Shown here: one piece after another, positions 49,894 through 62,400 of the stretch | Layout of the letters: each line of letters starts with the position of its first letter | Position numbering within the stretch: position 1 is the stretch's first letter | Source of the DNA: Alloascoidea hylecoeti | Taxonomy: Eukaryota | Reading direction: 5' to 3' | DNA length: 64,000 bases | Assembly (NCBI GenBank): GCA_001600815.1 | Contig: BCKZ01000009.1 | Location: 88,194 to 152,193 of the forward strand | Translations under genes and position numbers: made by a program | The notes under the pieces: model-generated | Databases searched by the model: none | Told to the model about the DNA's origin: nothing | What the model saw: only the letters and a program-made list of their open reading frames with translations

Positions 49894-51346
49894 TCAATTG
49901 TATAGCTTATCCACATACTCTGCAATTGCCATTGAAGAGGTTAAACCTGGACTTTCAATACCTAACAAATTGATAAAGCCAGGAAATCCTTCTTCCTTAC
50001 GAATGACAAAGTCCTGGAACCGCGAACCAGGTCCAACTATTTTAGGTCTGATTCCAGCATAGTCCGGACTCAGTAGGTTTTTATCAACATTTGGAAGATA
50101 CTTTATGACTTCTTTATAAGCATCATCAAGTTGAGAACTACGTGGTTGAACATCGCCTGGGTCCTCAGTCTTAATATAAATTTAGAGTTAGTTATAAGTA
50201 CTTGTCAATCAACTTATAAAAATCTTACCCATTCAATATTGGGACCAAATTTTATTCGTCCTCCAAGATCTATTGTCAAGTGAGTACCCAAAGATGAACT
50301 AGCAGAAGGACATGGATATATCTAAAATAATTGGGGGGAATTAATAATAAAGAAGAGCTTAAAGAAGTTGAAATTGTGATCATAAACATACCAGACGATT
50401 CACCTTTGGTTGACTCCCGCTATACGCAAAATAACTTCCTCTAGCAAACCAACCTTTAACATGTCTTTCTTTAGGGAGTAACATATTCGATATTGCAGTT
50501 GCACCTAGTCCTGCACTGTTCACCACATTTTCAGCAGTAACAATGGTCTCCTCTGAGAGTTCATTGTTCTGAGACATTTCTGAAGTTGTTCTTGTTGCAA
50601 TTTCAAACCCATTAGATGAGCCAAGATATCGAAGGTTTGTCACTGTTGTGTCAACAGCAAGATCTCCATTATTTGTAGAGAAGATCCCTTCAAGGTAGGA
50701 CATCAATGAATGTGATGAAATTATACCTGTTGTTGGAGAATTGAGAATAAGGGAAGCAGCTCTGACGGCTGGCTCTAGCCTTTTGCCTTGCGATGGGGTT
50801 AATAGTTCTGTCGGGATCTATTTGAAATAGAAGATTAGTAATTTATATTGAATTTTGGAGAAGATAAAAAGCATACTCCTATTTTCTCTGTTTTGGAATG
50901 AAGATTTTGCAAATACTCGGCTTCCTTATCGTCCTGTGCAACAATCCACTTACCTATTTTATAGTTAGAATCTTAAGGGTTAATGTAGTTGAGACTCACT
51001 TACCGCACTGCTTCATTTCCACACCAGCCTGTTTTGCTTGGGAATAGATCAACTCCTTACCCCTCAAACACAGTTTTGTTTTCAGACTATCAGGAGGATA
51101 ATATAAGGCTGCGTGGATCACTTCTGAATTGCGGGCAGATGTTTCAGTCCCTACCTCTGTGTGCCTTTCTAGCAAAAGTACAGAACTGCCAGGCCGTTGT
51201 GCCAACTTGGCTGCAGTAGCCAATCCCACGACACCTCCTCCAATAACAACATGAGAGTAGTCGAACGCAGAAGAAGCAGACTGCGAAAATCTGCGTGTAA
51301 AAGCCAAATTCCCGGGTTTAAATTTAATTTTGGTGATCCTTAACAT
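49894..51346 (-). CDS. mitochondrial L-2-hydroxyglutarate dehydrogenase-like FAD oxidoreductase, multi-intron
   Basis: [52 protein letters not shown]. Confidence 0.9.
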
Positions 51347-51420
51347 TTGATGGTTGGGTATTTCTTAATTAAAGTCACCAAACCAAACACTTAACTATTT
51401 ATGTATCACCAAAAAAAATC

Positions 51421-52686
51421 ATGCTTCAGGCCCTCGTGAAAAAATTACAACCACCAAAATCTTTACCCGAGTCCTTGTTTCCTTCAAGAGCCCTTTCCAG
51501 CATTCTTTTCAAGATTGATTCACCCATTACTTTTACACATGGTCTACCGATATACAAGGAATGCTACAAAGCTTTGATAACGAATACAATTCCTGATATC
51601 CCTGAAAATGTTAGAGCATTCGATCTGTTGATACTTCAGAGGGCATTGGAGCGATATAGAAAAGAAACAAGTGCTACAAATGCCATACTCGTGAAAGTAG
51701 AACGAATCTTACTGGAGGAGTCTTCGGCTAGAAGAAATAACGATGCTACTTCAATTTTAGCATTCAATGTCCTAAATGATCCTTCATCTGATGAAACCGA
51801 TAAAGCAGAAGCTAAGAACATTCTTGACAAGTTATATGATTTAAAACATCCGATGACGATAAAGCTAATGGCAGCTCATGAGCTTGATCAGGCTAGTGCT
51901 TCTGGATCAAGTTTACAGCGTGCCGAACAATTATGTTTAGAATATATTAACTTAAAAACTATTAGCAAATCAGAAATGACAGCCGATGTTTATAAAATGT
52001 TAGGAATAATATCGTTCCAAAACTTGGATTTATTCAAAGCATTGAATTATTTTGAAAACTGTATTAAATACACTAGTTTGAATCCTTATGATGTCTCAAC
52101 ACCTTCCATCAATTCAGAAAGTAGGCTTCAAAGTCATTATTATCTAGGTCAAATATATCAGAGCACAAATCCATCAATTGCTAAATATTACTATACAGAA
52201 GCAGCAAAATCTGGAATGTTAGATGCTATATCAGCATTGGGGTTTTTAGAATTAAAAGAATTTAAAAATGTTGATATTGCAAAGGAATGGTTTAGATTAG
52301 GTTTACAATTAACTGATATAAATTGTGGAATGGGGTTATTTGATGTACTAATACTAAAAAAAGATTGGTTGAATGCTTATAAACAGTTACAATTTCTTAA
52401 TTTGATGTTTTCAAGTAAAGGAAATAAAGCAAAAGATGCAATGCAATTATTTATAGAGACGAGGAAAGAATCGCTGGAAATTTTGAAAACTTATGTGGAA
52501 GAAAACCCACAGTTATTAGATGAAGTACGAAAACCTATATCTAAAAAGAAAAAGGAAAGCCGATTAAAATCAATTATTGCTAGACGATTCGCAGATGATG
52601 ATGCTCCTAATGTTGAAGAGGTAATTACTAAAGTGGATAAATATATGAATTTGAAGGAAAAGGAAATTAAAGAAGGAAATAAATAA
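51421..52686 (+). CDS. MSS2: Mss2-like mitochondrial TPR/Sel1 protein
   Basis: LFP...ILFKID..T, NNDATSILAF, LYDLKHPMTIKL resemble yeast Mss2; TPR-like helices. Confidence 0.75.
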   Translation: MLQALVKKLQPPKSLPESLFPSRALSSILFKIDSPITFTHGLPIYKECYKALITNTIPDIPENVRAFDLLILQRALERYRKETSATNAILVKVERILLEESSARRNNDATSILAFNVLNDPSSDETDKAEAKNILDKLYDLKHPMTIKLMAAHELDQASASGSSLQRAEQLCLEYINLKTISKSEMTADVYKMLGIISFQNLDLFKALNYFENCIKYTSLNPYDVSTPSINSESRLQSHYYLGQIYQSTNPSIAKYYYTEAAKSGMLDAISALGFLELKEFKNVDIAKEWFRLGLQLTDINCGMGLFDVLILKKDWLNAYKQLQFLNLMFSSKGNKAKDAMQLFIETRKESLEILKTYVEENPQLLDEVRKPISKKKKESRLKSIIARRFADDDAPNVEEVITKVDKYMNLKEKEIKEGNK

Positions 52687-52772
52687 ATAGCTTCAAATAA
52701 TACGTATTATGTAACAACAGTATTTCAAAGATTTAAATTAATTTTTTCACTTATTCTAATGAGAATTACAGA

Positions 52773-54494
52773 TTACTCCCATGGCCATTTGCAATAAACA
52801 ATGATATCACCATTTCTTCTTGAATCATAATGGAAATTACTGTTGAAAAACCTCTTGCACTATATTAATCAATGTTAGTATTTATTTAGAAAAAAAACAT
52901 ATGAATAAATAATGCATACCACTTGATACTTTGAATCTTTCAAATATTCATCTAGTAATGCTTCCATTGGTTCAAAAAACACCAAATGAGAAGGCCATTC
53001 ATGATCATAAATTACTCCTAGATCATGTTTCAATCCATCGGGTGGTGGTAAATGTTTCTTTAAGAAAGATTTAGGATCATCATAGAATTGATCAGCTTGA
53101 TCCCTATATAATTTTCTTTCATATTCAGAGAACCTTTGTATAAAGTTAGCATACCTTTCGACTAGTATTTAAATATGTATATCTTACCCTAATGGTGGTT
53201 CACAGCTTAAAAACCAATAATCATCCAAATCATCTCTATGTAAATGACTTTGCCAAGGGGTACTATGACAAGGCATTAATAAACCTATTGATGAAACATC
53301 AATATCATGACGTAAATATTCCATTAAATCCATAACTCCTCTTTCATGAATCTGTGTAAAATAAACTGCTACTGCAGTATTAATGATGATAATTCCAGTT
53401 AATATTTTAAATTTTAAACTTTGAGGTAATGAAAATCTTGAAAAGAATTTTGCTGTAAATAGATGAAATATTGGTAATAAAGGATAAATAAATCGAAATT
53501 CTTTATGACCAATGAATGAATAAATTGAAATTATGAAAATTAATAACCCAAAGAATTGTGATCTCCATGAAGTAAAACATTCATATATTGTAATTGGTAA
53601 ATATCCAACTAATAAAATTGGTATACCTTGAAATAAATAGAAATGCCATGGAGCAACACCATAAAAATCACCAGCTTGTTCAACAATATTAAATTTGAGA
53701 AATTCCCATATAGGAAAAACAAATTTCCCATAATAGTAATAATCGACGATACTATTTAATCCAATTGATATTGTAGCCATAGCTAAAACTAATAAAACCA
53801 CTTTCACTTTTACGATTATTGTTGGTAATCGGTAAAGTAAAACTAGTCCTAAATATAACCAAATCAAGCCATTATTGGGTCTAATTATACAAGATATAGC
53901 ACTGGTAAATAAACTCAAAGAAAATTGACACCATTTAATACTCTGTTGGGTTGGTCTCCAAGGCCAATAGGCCAAAGCAATTGTTGTTAGAATCGTCTCT
54001 AACGTATTTGAAAAAGATCTTGTAGAACAATACCAATTAAAAGCACTTGTAACACTAATAAAAATTCCATAATTCCCCATGGTTTCGCTTTGTGAAGCAT
54101 TTCGAATGAATAAATAAGTATGATAATCTCCTATTCCTGCTAATATAGCGGAGAGAATTTTTGGGCCATAAATAACACCATAATCACCGAAATCGAAAAG
54201 CTGGGATAATTTATAAACTCCAGCAAACATCAAAGGATGCAAAAATGACCTTAAAGATGTTCTCCATTCCCAGGTCAGGTACCCTGTGTTGAAGATTAGT
54301 TTGTGAGCTGGTTCTAACGATTGATAAAATTCATCGGGTTGAAAAAAAGTAGCAGTTGTAAAAGCATTTAGGATACGTAATAGAATTAAGTATGTAATAA
54401 CCACACGTCTAACTACTGGATCAGATAAGGAAGGTGTGTTGGGTTTCCTTGCAATTGGCTTGCTTTCCTCTGTTTCCACTGTGTCTGGAGGCAT
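52773..54494 (-). CDS. GPI10: GPI mannosyltransferase III (PIG-B), 3' introns
   Basis: TFFQPDEFYQSLEPAH, HKEFRFIYP, LMPCHSTPWQSHLH; ends GDIIVYCKWPWE. Confidence 0.92.
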
Positions 54495-54638
54495 TTTATT
54501 TTATCTGGAGAAGGGGATTTTCAATTATAATTGGAGAGAGAACTGAATTTTATTTCTTTTCACTGGAACTAAGACTATTTTGCTTATTTACACTATACGC
54601 TACATAGTTAGTACAAAAACACGCAATAAATATGGAGT

Positions 54639-55375
54639 TCAAGAGGAAACGTACCTTTCAAGGAAGGCATTAGCCTCATTCATCTTATTAGCATCTGATG
54701 TTGCTTTGTCCATCCATCGTTGTACCAGCTGCTCATTTTCCTTAGTTAAAGAACCACATTTCTGCTCCAGGAGATTTAATTGAATATTATAGCTAAGGAT
54801 TTCGTCGTTTGCTAATTGGAGCATTTTTTTCTGTTCTTGGAGTTCTTCTAGTTTGTTGGAGTAGACGGTCTTGAGCTTTTCACTGCTTTTCTGAAGCTGA
54901 TTGATTCTTCAACATGGTTCATTAGTATGTTATAACGTATTATCAACCAACAGTTATATATTTACAATTTAGAGTCCCGTTCAGACTTTAGCTTCAAATT
55001 GGCTAATTCATCTTGTATTGTGCCTTTTTCGGACTTTACAATATCTAGATCCTGCTTGGCAGAAACCAACTCCTTTTGTAGACTAGCTATCTCTCTAAAT
55101 TTATTCACAATTATTATTAGAAGATAGATGACAGTCCAGAGAGCCAAACAAAGTTACTTACTCCTGAGCGTCGCCTGTCTTTAGTATTTCTATGGTTTTC
55201 TCGGCCTCGATTGCTCTTTTAGCAGCAACGTAAACTAGCGATTATCAGTTAAAATCAGTAATCGTGGGTAATATCACATCATGATGTACATACAAGCACT
55301 ATATTTCTCATTATCCTTCTTTTCCCAGTCGTCTCTTTCTTTGAGGTCATCTAATAACCTTCTCTGCCATTCCAT
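54639..55375 (-). CDS. ATG16: autophagy protein Atg16, multi-intron
   Basis: MEWQRRLLDDLKERD...; NDEILSYNIQLNLLE...ENEQLVQRWM...ANKMNEAN. Confidence 0.85.
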
Positions 55376-55452
55376 GTCGATTTTATACGTTGTTGCAGTA
55401 TGATGGGTTGTAAATATGTTGCTTAATCCATATCCATAATTTAACCTTATAA

Positions 55453-57651
55453 ATGCTCGTGGGTCCGCCACAGAATGGAAAGCAAAAAGCCATCGGGACA
55501 CCAACTGCATCTGGAGAGGACTACAGTGTGACCATGAAGCAATCTCATTCAAGTACTTCTTTGGCTTCTTGGGCCTATTTCATGAAAAAAGAACCAACTC
55601 CATCTGAAATAATACAAAAGCATCATGGCCAAGAACGAAAAGGCGTCACTCTAAGAACTACAGATCAAGACAATAACATCGATAAGACAAAAGAAATTAC
55701 GCAAAACAAAGAACCTCCTTGCACTAATAACCCTTTTTCTAGTAGTTGGTGGTTCTGGTCCACTACTCCACCTCCAGATCCATCTCCAGATCCATCTCCA
55801 GATCCATCTCCAGATCCATCTCCAGCTCCACGTGTGCCAACTTCATCTTCTGGGGACAAGCCAGCCAAGGACGCTACATCGACTTCAACCGGATGGTTTA
55901 CCTGGTATGGCAAGGCGGCACAAGCTACTATTGCTGGCGTTTCTCCTCCCCAAGAAGCAGAGATATCGTCATCAGTACAACCCCAAGATAGACAAATAAA
56001 AAATTCAAATAGTTGGTTCTCTTGGTACTCAACTCCAGAACCTATTCAACCCGAAGCACTTCAACCAGAAACAGTTCAACCCAAACCAGTTCAGGCACTT
56101 CATAAGAAGACCTCTAAATCGGATAAATCCAAAGCAAAAAAGATTCAAATATCTAATGATACGGCTGACCATGAGGTGGATGAGCTATTATCGCCCTCTA
56201 CTTCATCTTCCCCCAAAACATGGGGATTTTGGTCAAAGACGTCAAGATCAGGAAGTATGAATGGTGAATTGGCTGTAACTGGTACATATACTGAGAGATC
56301 CCCACAAAAGACAAAAAATCCATCTCATTTAAAACTTCAATTAAAATCTTCTGATGAATCAATTAAAAGTGAAGTGATAGATACTAATGATACACATACT
56401 AACGTTATCTTACCAAAATTGAAGGATTGTTATTTGTACTATTCACCAAAAAAATACATTGCAAATCATTTTCGTCAATCATGTCGTTCTCATGGTATCG
56501 ACCCTGATTTTTGGAGGCATGATGTTAAACCTAAACCACATTTATATCGTGTTGCTCCCCAAAAGATTCGTAAATGTGTTGTTATTGGAATACATGGGTT
56601 CTTTTCTACTAAAATGGTTAAACCAGTTATTGGAGAACCAACAGGAACATCCGTAAAAATAGTTGAAGAAGCTTCTGCTGCTATATCTACATGGGCAAAA
56701 AAGTATAAATTTGATGTTGAAATTGAAAAAATTGCTTTAGAATCAGAAGGTAAAGTAACTGATCGTGTTATAGCATTATATGAACTTTTAAGAAATTGGC
56801 TCGATGCAATTAAAAATTCGGATTTTATTTTTATTGCTGCTCATAGTCAAGGAACATTAGTTGCTATTCATCTAATTGCAAGATTAATATTAGATGGTTA
56901 TCTTAATGGGAAAAAAATAACAATTTTAGGTATGGCTGGTGTTTCTTTAGGTCCATTTTTTGGTATTGATCAAAAATTATTGGTCAAAGCTTATTCTCCA
57001 CTTGAAAGTGAAGCAATGTTAGAAATTTTTGAATTTCAAAAGACAGATTCTTTACAATCTAAAGAATATTTAAAATCATTACAAGTATTAATGGCTCATA
57101 ATGTTAAATGTACATTTGTTGGGAGTGTTAATGATCAAATTGTACCATTATATTCTAGTACATCTATTAATGTATCACATCCTAATATATATCGGGCTGT
57201 TTATATAGATGGTGAAGATGTTCCACATGATTTTGTTACAAAATTACTAAGTATAGCAATGAGATTAAGAAATGTCGGTAGATCAGATCATGGACTAATT
57301 ATTGAAATTAGTAGTTTGATTGCAGGTGCAATAACAGGAACTGGTCATTCTAAAATATACAATGAACCTCAGGTTTATGATTTGGCTATAGAGAATGCTT
57401 TGGAAACAAATGATGTTCCATTACAACCATTAACGTCTGAACCATTTGATGCTGAGTTACAAAATGGATGTTCAAATCCTTATCATTTACCTTGGATTGT
57501 CAGAGGATTTCTGCATGAAAGTGAGTTAAATTCAAGAATCCGAAAAGAATTCAATGAGATGATGAAAATGTATAAGGAATGGGAGCCAGAGGGGAAAATA
57601 TTGAAAGATATGAAATACAGACTAAGTGCTGTTGGGGATTATTTCATTTAA
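55453..57651 (+). CDS. YML020W-like alpha/beta-hydrolase-fold protein
   Basis: VVIGIHGFF..GEPTGTS, AHSQG, GMAGVSLGP, GHSKIY, NPYHLPW. Confidence 0.8.
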   Translation: MLVGPPQNGKQKAIGTPTASGEDYSVTMKQSHSSTSLASWAYFMKKEPTPSEIIQKHHGQERKGVTLRTTDQDNNIDKTKEITQNKEPPCTNNPFSSSWWFWSTTPPPDPSPDPSPDPSPDPSPAPRVPTSSSGDKPAKDATSTSTGWFTWYGKAAQATIAGVSPPQEAEISSSVQPQDRQIKNSNSWFSWYSTPEPIQPEALQPETVQPKPVQALHKKTSKSDKSKAKKIQISNDTADHEVDELLSPSTSSSPKTWGFWSKTSRSGSMNGELAVTGTYTERSPQKTKNPSHLKLQLKSSDESIKSEVIDTNDTHTNVILPKLKDCYLYYSPKKYIANHFRQSCRSHGIDPDFWRHDVKPKPHLYRVAPQKIRKCVVIGIHGFFSTKMVKPVIGEPTGTSVKIVEEASAAISTWAKKYKFDVEIEKIALESEGKVTDRVIALYELLRNWLDAIKNSDFIFIAAHSQGTLVAIHLIARLILDGYLNGKKITILGMAGVSLGPFFGIDQKLLVKAYSPLESEAMLEIFEFQKTDSLQSKEYLKSLQVLMAHNVKCTFVGSVNDQIVPLYSSTSINVSHPNIYRAVYIDGEDVPHDFVTKLLSIAMRLRNVGRSDHGLIIEISSLIAGAITGTGHSKIYNEPQVYDLAIENALETNDVPLQPLTSEPFDAELQNGCSNPYHLPWIVRGFLHESELNSRIRKEFNEMMKMYKEWEPEGKILKDMKYRLSAVGDYFI
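55774..55821 (+). repeat. coding minisatellite (CCAGATCCATCT)x4 = PDPS x4
   Basis: Perfect 12-bp tandem repeat. Confidence 0.9.
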
Positions 57652-57881
57652 TTTGATTAATTATATACTTGCAAATAGTTCTGTTAGATATGCATTCATT
57701 TATATTTTAGATTTACATTTAATTTGTTATTATTTTTCTTTTTAAATTTGGTACAATATTTGTATCTATGGTGTAATTATAACGTTATTACTTTACATTC
57801 ATCATTGAAATTATGCCAGCTCAACTTACAACACCTCTTCATCCCCATCTTTAATACTTCAACAATACTCACACTTTCAAC

Positions 57882-58862
57882 ATGAATTGGCTCTTTTTGA
57901 TCTTCCTAGGGTTCATCTCATATATATCTCCGGTATTTGGTTCAAATTTAGCAACAGTGGAAGGGTACTTGAAATCCTCACCTTACTCATCCGGTGTCAT
58001 TAGAGTCACTGACAAAAATTTTGAACAAATTGTTACTGGACCTAGAGACCACACATTAGTTTTATTATTAACAGCTAGTCATCCGGGGTTTGGATGCGGA
58101 TTATGTATTGAATATTTGCCTGACTTTCAAATCGTTGGTGATAGTTGGGCTACTGATTTCTCAGACTATGGTCATGAAGGTGTTTATTTTGCTATTGCCG
58201 ATGTTTCTGACAACAGAGAAACATTTAAAAAGTTAAAATTGACAAGTGTTCCTCATGTTTGGATTTATACTCCTACTAAAGAAGCTACTACTATTTCTGA
58301 AGGTCATATAACGTATCAATTGGAACAAGGGGATCACGCCCAAAACTTGGCGAACTTTTTATCGCAGGTTGTTGGAAGACATTTCCCAGTTCACAAACCA
58401 ATTCGATGGGATGTTGTCATTGGATACGCTAGTTTAACTTTTCTTTCAGTTTTCATATTTAAAGAGCATTCTGGAAAGGTGGTTGCAATTATCACAAATA
58501 CCGGATTATGGGCTGTTATAGCAAGCTCAGGAATTATAATACTAACGTCTGGTTACATGTATAACCAAATCAGACACACTCCATTCCTAGCGTTTGATGG
58601 GGAAATAACTAGATATTTTGAAGGAGGATTCCAAGGTCAATTTGGGGTTGAAACACAAATTATTGGACTTGTTTATGCAGTTTTGGCCTCTGCCTTTGTT
58701 CTGTTATGTACAAAGGCAAAGCAGATAAACGATTCCGATATACGAAATATTGTGGTTATAAGCTTAACGTTGGTGATTTTGCTTGGATATAGCTCATTGG
58801 TTTGTATTTTCCATTTCAAAAATGGTGGATATCCATACTATTTGTTAAAATTGTTCACATAA
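57882..58862 (+). CDS. oligosaccharyltransferase subunit Ost3/Ost6 family
   Basis: Signal peptide, CGLC thioredoxin-like motif, SGYMYNQIR, QFGVETQI, K..GYPY. Confidence 0.9.
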   Translation: MNWLFLIFLGFISYISPVFGSNLATVEGYLKSSPYSSGVIRVTDKNFEQIVTGPRDHTLVLLLTASHPGFGCGLCIEYLPDFQIVGDSWATDFSDYGHEGVYFAIADVSDNRETFKKLKLTSVPHVWIYTPTKEATTISEGHITYQLEQGDHAQNLANFLSQVVGRHFPVHKPIRWDVVIGYASLTFLSVFIFKEHSGKVVAIITNTGLWAVIASSGIIILTSGYMYNQIRHTPFLAFDGEITRYFEGGFQGQFGVETQIIGLVYAVLASAFVLLCTKAKQINDSDIRNIVVISLTLVILLGYSSLVCIFHFKNGGYPYYLLKLFT

Positions 58863-58936
58863 TCATGATCATAATAGTTATATTATATAAAAGTTTAAGA
58901 TTGTGCCTATAAATCGTGTAAAATAACATGGTATAA

Positions 58937-59335
58937 TCAAGGTAAATTTACAGTTCCCGATAGCCTCGCGACTCGCTCTTCAACGACGGCGATGATTCGT
59001 TTAGTTTCACTCAGTTTCTTAGCAGCTAGGTCCAGTTTCCGTCTGGAGCTTTGTTCGGAGGCGATTGTTGATGCCATTCGGGTGGCTGTGTTGGAGTCCC
59101 TAGAGCCATCCAAGTCTGTAGGTCATGATTAGTTCGGAACAGGGCAACGTCAGCACGGTACATACGAACCTTCCTGGAGCTCTGTGATCTGAGCAGCCAA
59201 CGCCACCTGGGCCGCGTACAGTGACTGCAGTTTCCAGGAGGCCATTTCGAGGGGCGGTCCCAGGATTTGGTTGACGGTGCGGGCGCAATTGGCGGAGGCA
59301 CTGCTGTCCGGGTCAATTGTTTCTGGTGGGCTCAT
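58937..59335 (-). CDS. 114-aa coiled-coil protein, Snapin/Snn1 (BLOC-1)-like; exons 59335-59170 and 59115-58937
   Basis: A 54-nt GTTCGT..CTAAT..CAG intron gives LQSLYAAQVALAAQITELQE|D...KLDLAAKKLSETKRIIAVVEERVARL. Confidence 0.6.
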
Positions 59336-59433
59336 GGAGCTAAATAATTTGAAGTTGGAACATCAGATGTCTGAGACTTTATATTCCAATTGCCAACGTC
59401 CCCACAACACCTTCTTCATTCCCACAACCACAC

Positions 59434-62400
59434 ATGGAGACTCTAGAAATACATTCAAAGGCTTTCCTTCTCAAATGGGTCAACGCTTCTCCCGGTCAGA
59501 CTATCCACTGGCAACTCAAACCTTCGAAAAAGTCCATCAATTTTGGCCTTTACACACACTCTGAGGATGATGCTACTCCACCAGTGCAACCTGTTCCAGA
59601 TGCGGAAAAATCAATGCCTTCCTCATACCTTTCGGACAATTTGGCAAAGGCGGGGCTACAGTTGGTGATTTGGAATGGAAAGTGCCTTTCAAATGAACTG
59701 GTGAAGGGATCTTATAAAGTCCCATTCTCATCCAACAAAGAGAAGAAGACGTTTGCTTTGGTATTTGACAACACTTTTTCTCGTAATACAGCTAAGACGG
59801 TTCTATTTAGTCAGCATGTCGAGAATGAAATATTAGACAATGCTAGTGGTAGAAATACTGCTGCAAATGACGACGCAGAAAGTGTTGCGACTAAACGGTC
59901 GCGTCGCCAAACTATGACTTCATCGATAGTTCCTGAAACGCCAATCCCTCTCGATAATCCACAATTATCAAGTGAACAATTTATATCTGCCAAAGGAGGA
60001 CGATTGGTCTCGGCGTTTTTGTTAAAGAAAAGGCGTAAGAAACATCAAGGCTACGTTCGCCGTTATTTCACTCTGGATTATAGACATTGTGTCCTAAACT
60101 ATTACCTTAATGAAAAGACTTCCCAACTACGAGGAAGTATGCATTTGAAATTGGCCGCTATTTCCGCTAAAAAGAATTCAAAGGAAATTATTGTTGACTC
60201 TGGTATGGAAATCTGGAATTTAAAGGCAATCTCTGATGATGAATGGAATATGTGGGTTAAGGCTTTAGAATTAGCCCGTCTGGGTGCTTCTGCCTTCCCA
60301 GATAATAATACACCATCCGTCAATCTTACCGACCTATTGGAACAGTTACAGCTTGCAAATAAATCTAATGGTCATAAGAAATCCGGGGAACCTACGATTT
60401 TAGTAAATGGACAAGACATCATTGATCCTGGAATCAAGAAATTAGAGGCATTGTATAATAATTTGGAATATGCTAAAAATTTATCTTTGTTATTAACAAG
60501 TGAACTCGATTCTGGTAGGAAAACTCACCAGTCCGAAGAAGGTGACGAACAACAACATCATGATGAAACACAACAGGATGATGACGAACAAGCCCAAGAC
60601 GGTGCTCCTAAATTAACTCATAAGAATTCGTTCTGGAAACGGAAATCAAGACGCGCCTCTTCTGTTTCCTCCCAACCACCAGGAACACCAACCTCACCTA
60701 CTAGCACCATTCCTGACACGTCTAATTCAGCAATCCGTTCAGCATACTTTGATCCTACAGTGCCTCCTGTTCCTTCTATCCCTAAAGAATATGCTCATTT
60801 GATATCACCAAATTCAGAGAATTTCTCAAAAGAACAGACAGACTCATCCCTTTCTCCTAAATCGGTTAGATCCGAACAGCCTCAATCTAAACCAAGATCA
60901 AAAACACTTTCATCTAAACCGGTAAACATACAAAATGATGGTAAAAGCACACTACAAAACATATCGATAGACACTCTTGAAAGATCTGGTGTATTATGTA
61001 ACCTGTTGATTACATTATCTAATCAATTGAAAGACATTATAGATGAGAAGAAAGATAAAGATCAAACTGCTTCTAGAATAATCAACAAATTGTCTCGAAG
61101 AACAAGTACTCGTGATTCATTCATGAATGAAGAATTTTTTGATGCTGAAGAAATATTTGAAGATGCATCAGATGGTAATGGTGTATTTTTGATTCCAGAT
61201 GAAGCAGATGATGCCCGATCAAATAACGAATCTGTCTATATGACAGGAGATTCTGATGGTGATGATGATGCCGAATCTAGAATTGAAATTCCTCAAGCTG
61301 CTGCTTATTCTTCGGGAGAGCAAAAACTTGATTTATCTCCATTACCTATTTCTAAAGCTATTCATCGTAGAAAAGATATCAATCCATCGACTTCAACACC
61401 ACCAAGTCTTTTATCATTTTTACGTAAAAATGTCGGTAAAGATTTATCCTCAATTGCAATGCCAGTTACTGCTAATGAACCCCTTACTTTACTTCAAAGG
61501 TTTACGGAACAAATGGAGTTTGTTAATCTTATAGATGATGCTGTTTCTTGTAATGATGCTACTACTGGCGAAAAAATTCTTCGTGTCGCTTCGTTTGCTG
61601 TGACATGTCTTGCGAATAATCGTTCAAATCAAAGAGCAGCTAGAAAACCATTTAATCCGTTGTTAGGTGAAACATTTGAATTAGTGAGAGAAGATTTAGG
61701 ATTTAGACTTATTGCTGAGAAAGTTTGTCATAAGCCTGTTATTGTTGCATTTCATGCAGAAAGTGAGAAATGGACTTTTTCAATGACTATTGAACCTGGT
61801 CAAAAATATTGGGGTAAATCTGTTGAGATTATAACAAAGGGTTTATCAGTTTTAACTTTAAGAGAATCTGGTGATGTTTATCAATGGGAACAACCAGCTA
61901 CTTTTCTTAGAAATATTATTGCAGGAGAAAAATATCTTGAACCTGTTAATACAATGCAAATTAAAAGTAGTTCTGGTGAGAAAGCTATTATTGAATTTCA
62001 AGCTGGTGGTATGTTTTCTGGTAGGTCTGAAGCCTTGGATATTACTGCTAGAAATGATAGAGATAAAAAATTCCCTTATTCTGTATCTGGTAAATGGACT
62101 ACCGAATTGATTCTTCATGGTGCTAAGAAATCAGAAAAACAAATCTGGAAACCAGGCCCACTGATTGATAAATCAGAAAAGAAGTATGGGTTTGGTGTAT
62201 TTGGAGCTTCATTGAATCAAATTACAGAGATTGAAAAGGGTAAGATGGCACCTACTGATTCCAGAAATAGACCTGATCAAATTGCTTATGAAAATGGTGA
62301 TGTCGATAGGGCAGAAAATTTGAAATTAGATCTTGAAGAAAAACAACGTGTTAGGAGAAGGGAAAATGAAGAAGCGGGCACACAACATGTGCCAAAGTTT

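Noticed and set aside
59026..59564. Overlapping ORFs or a possible ncRNA in the GC-rich stretch
   Set aside because: Explained by one spliced minus-strand gene and the OSH3 start; no ncRNA hallmarks recognised.
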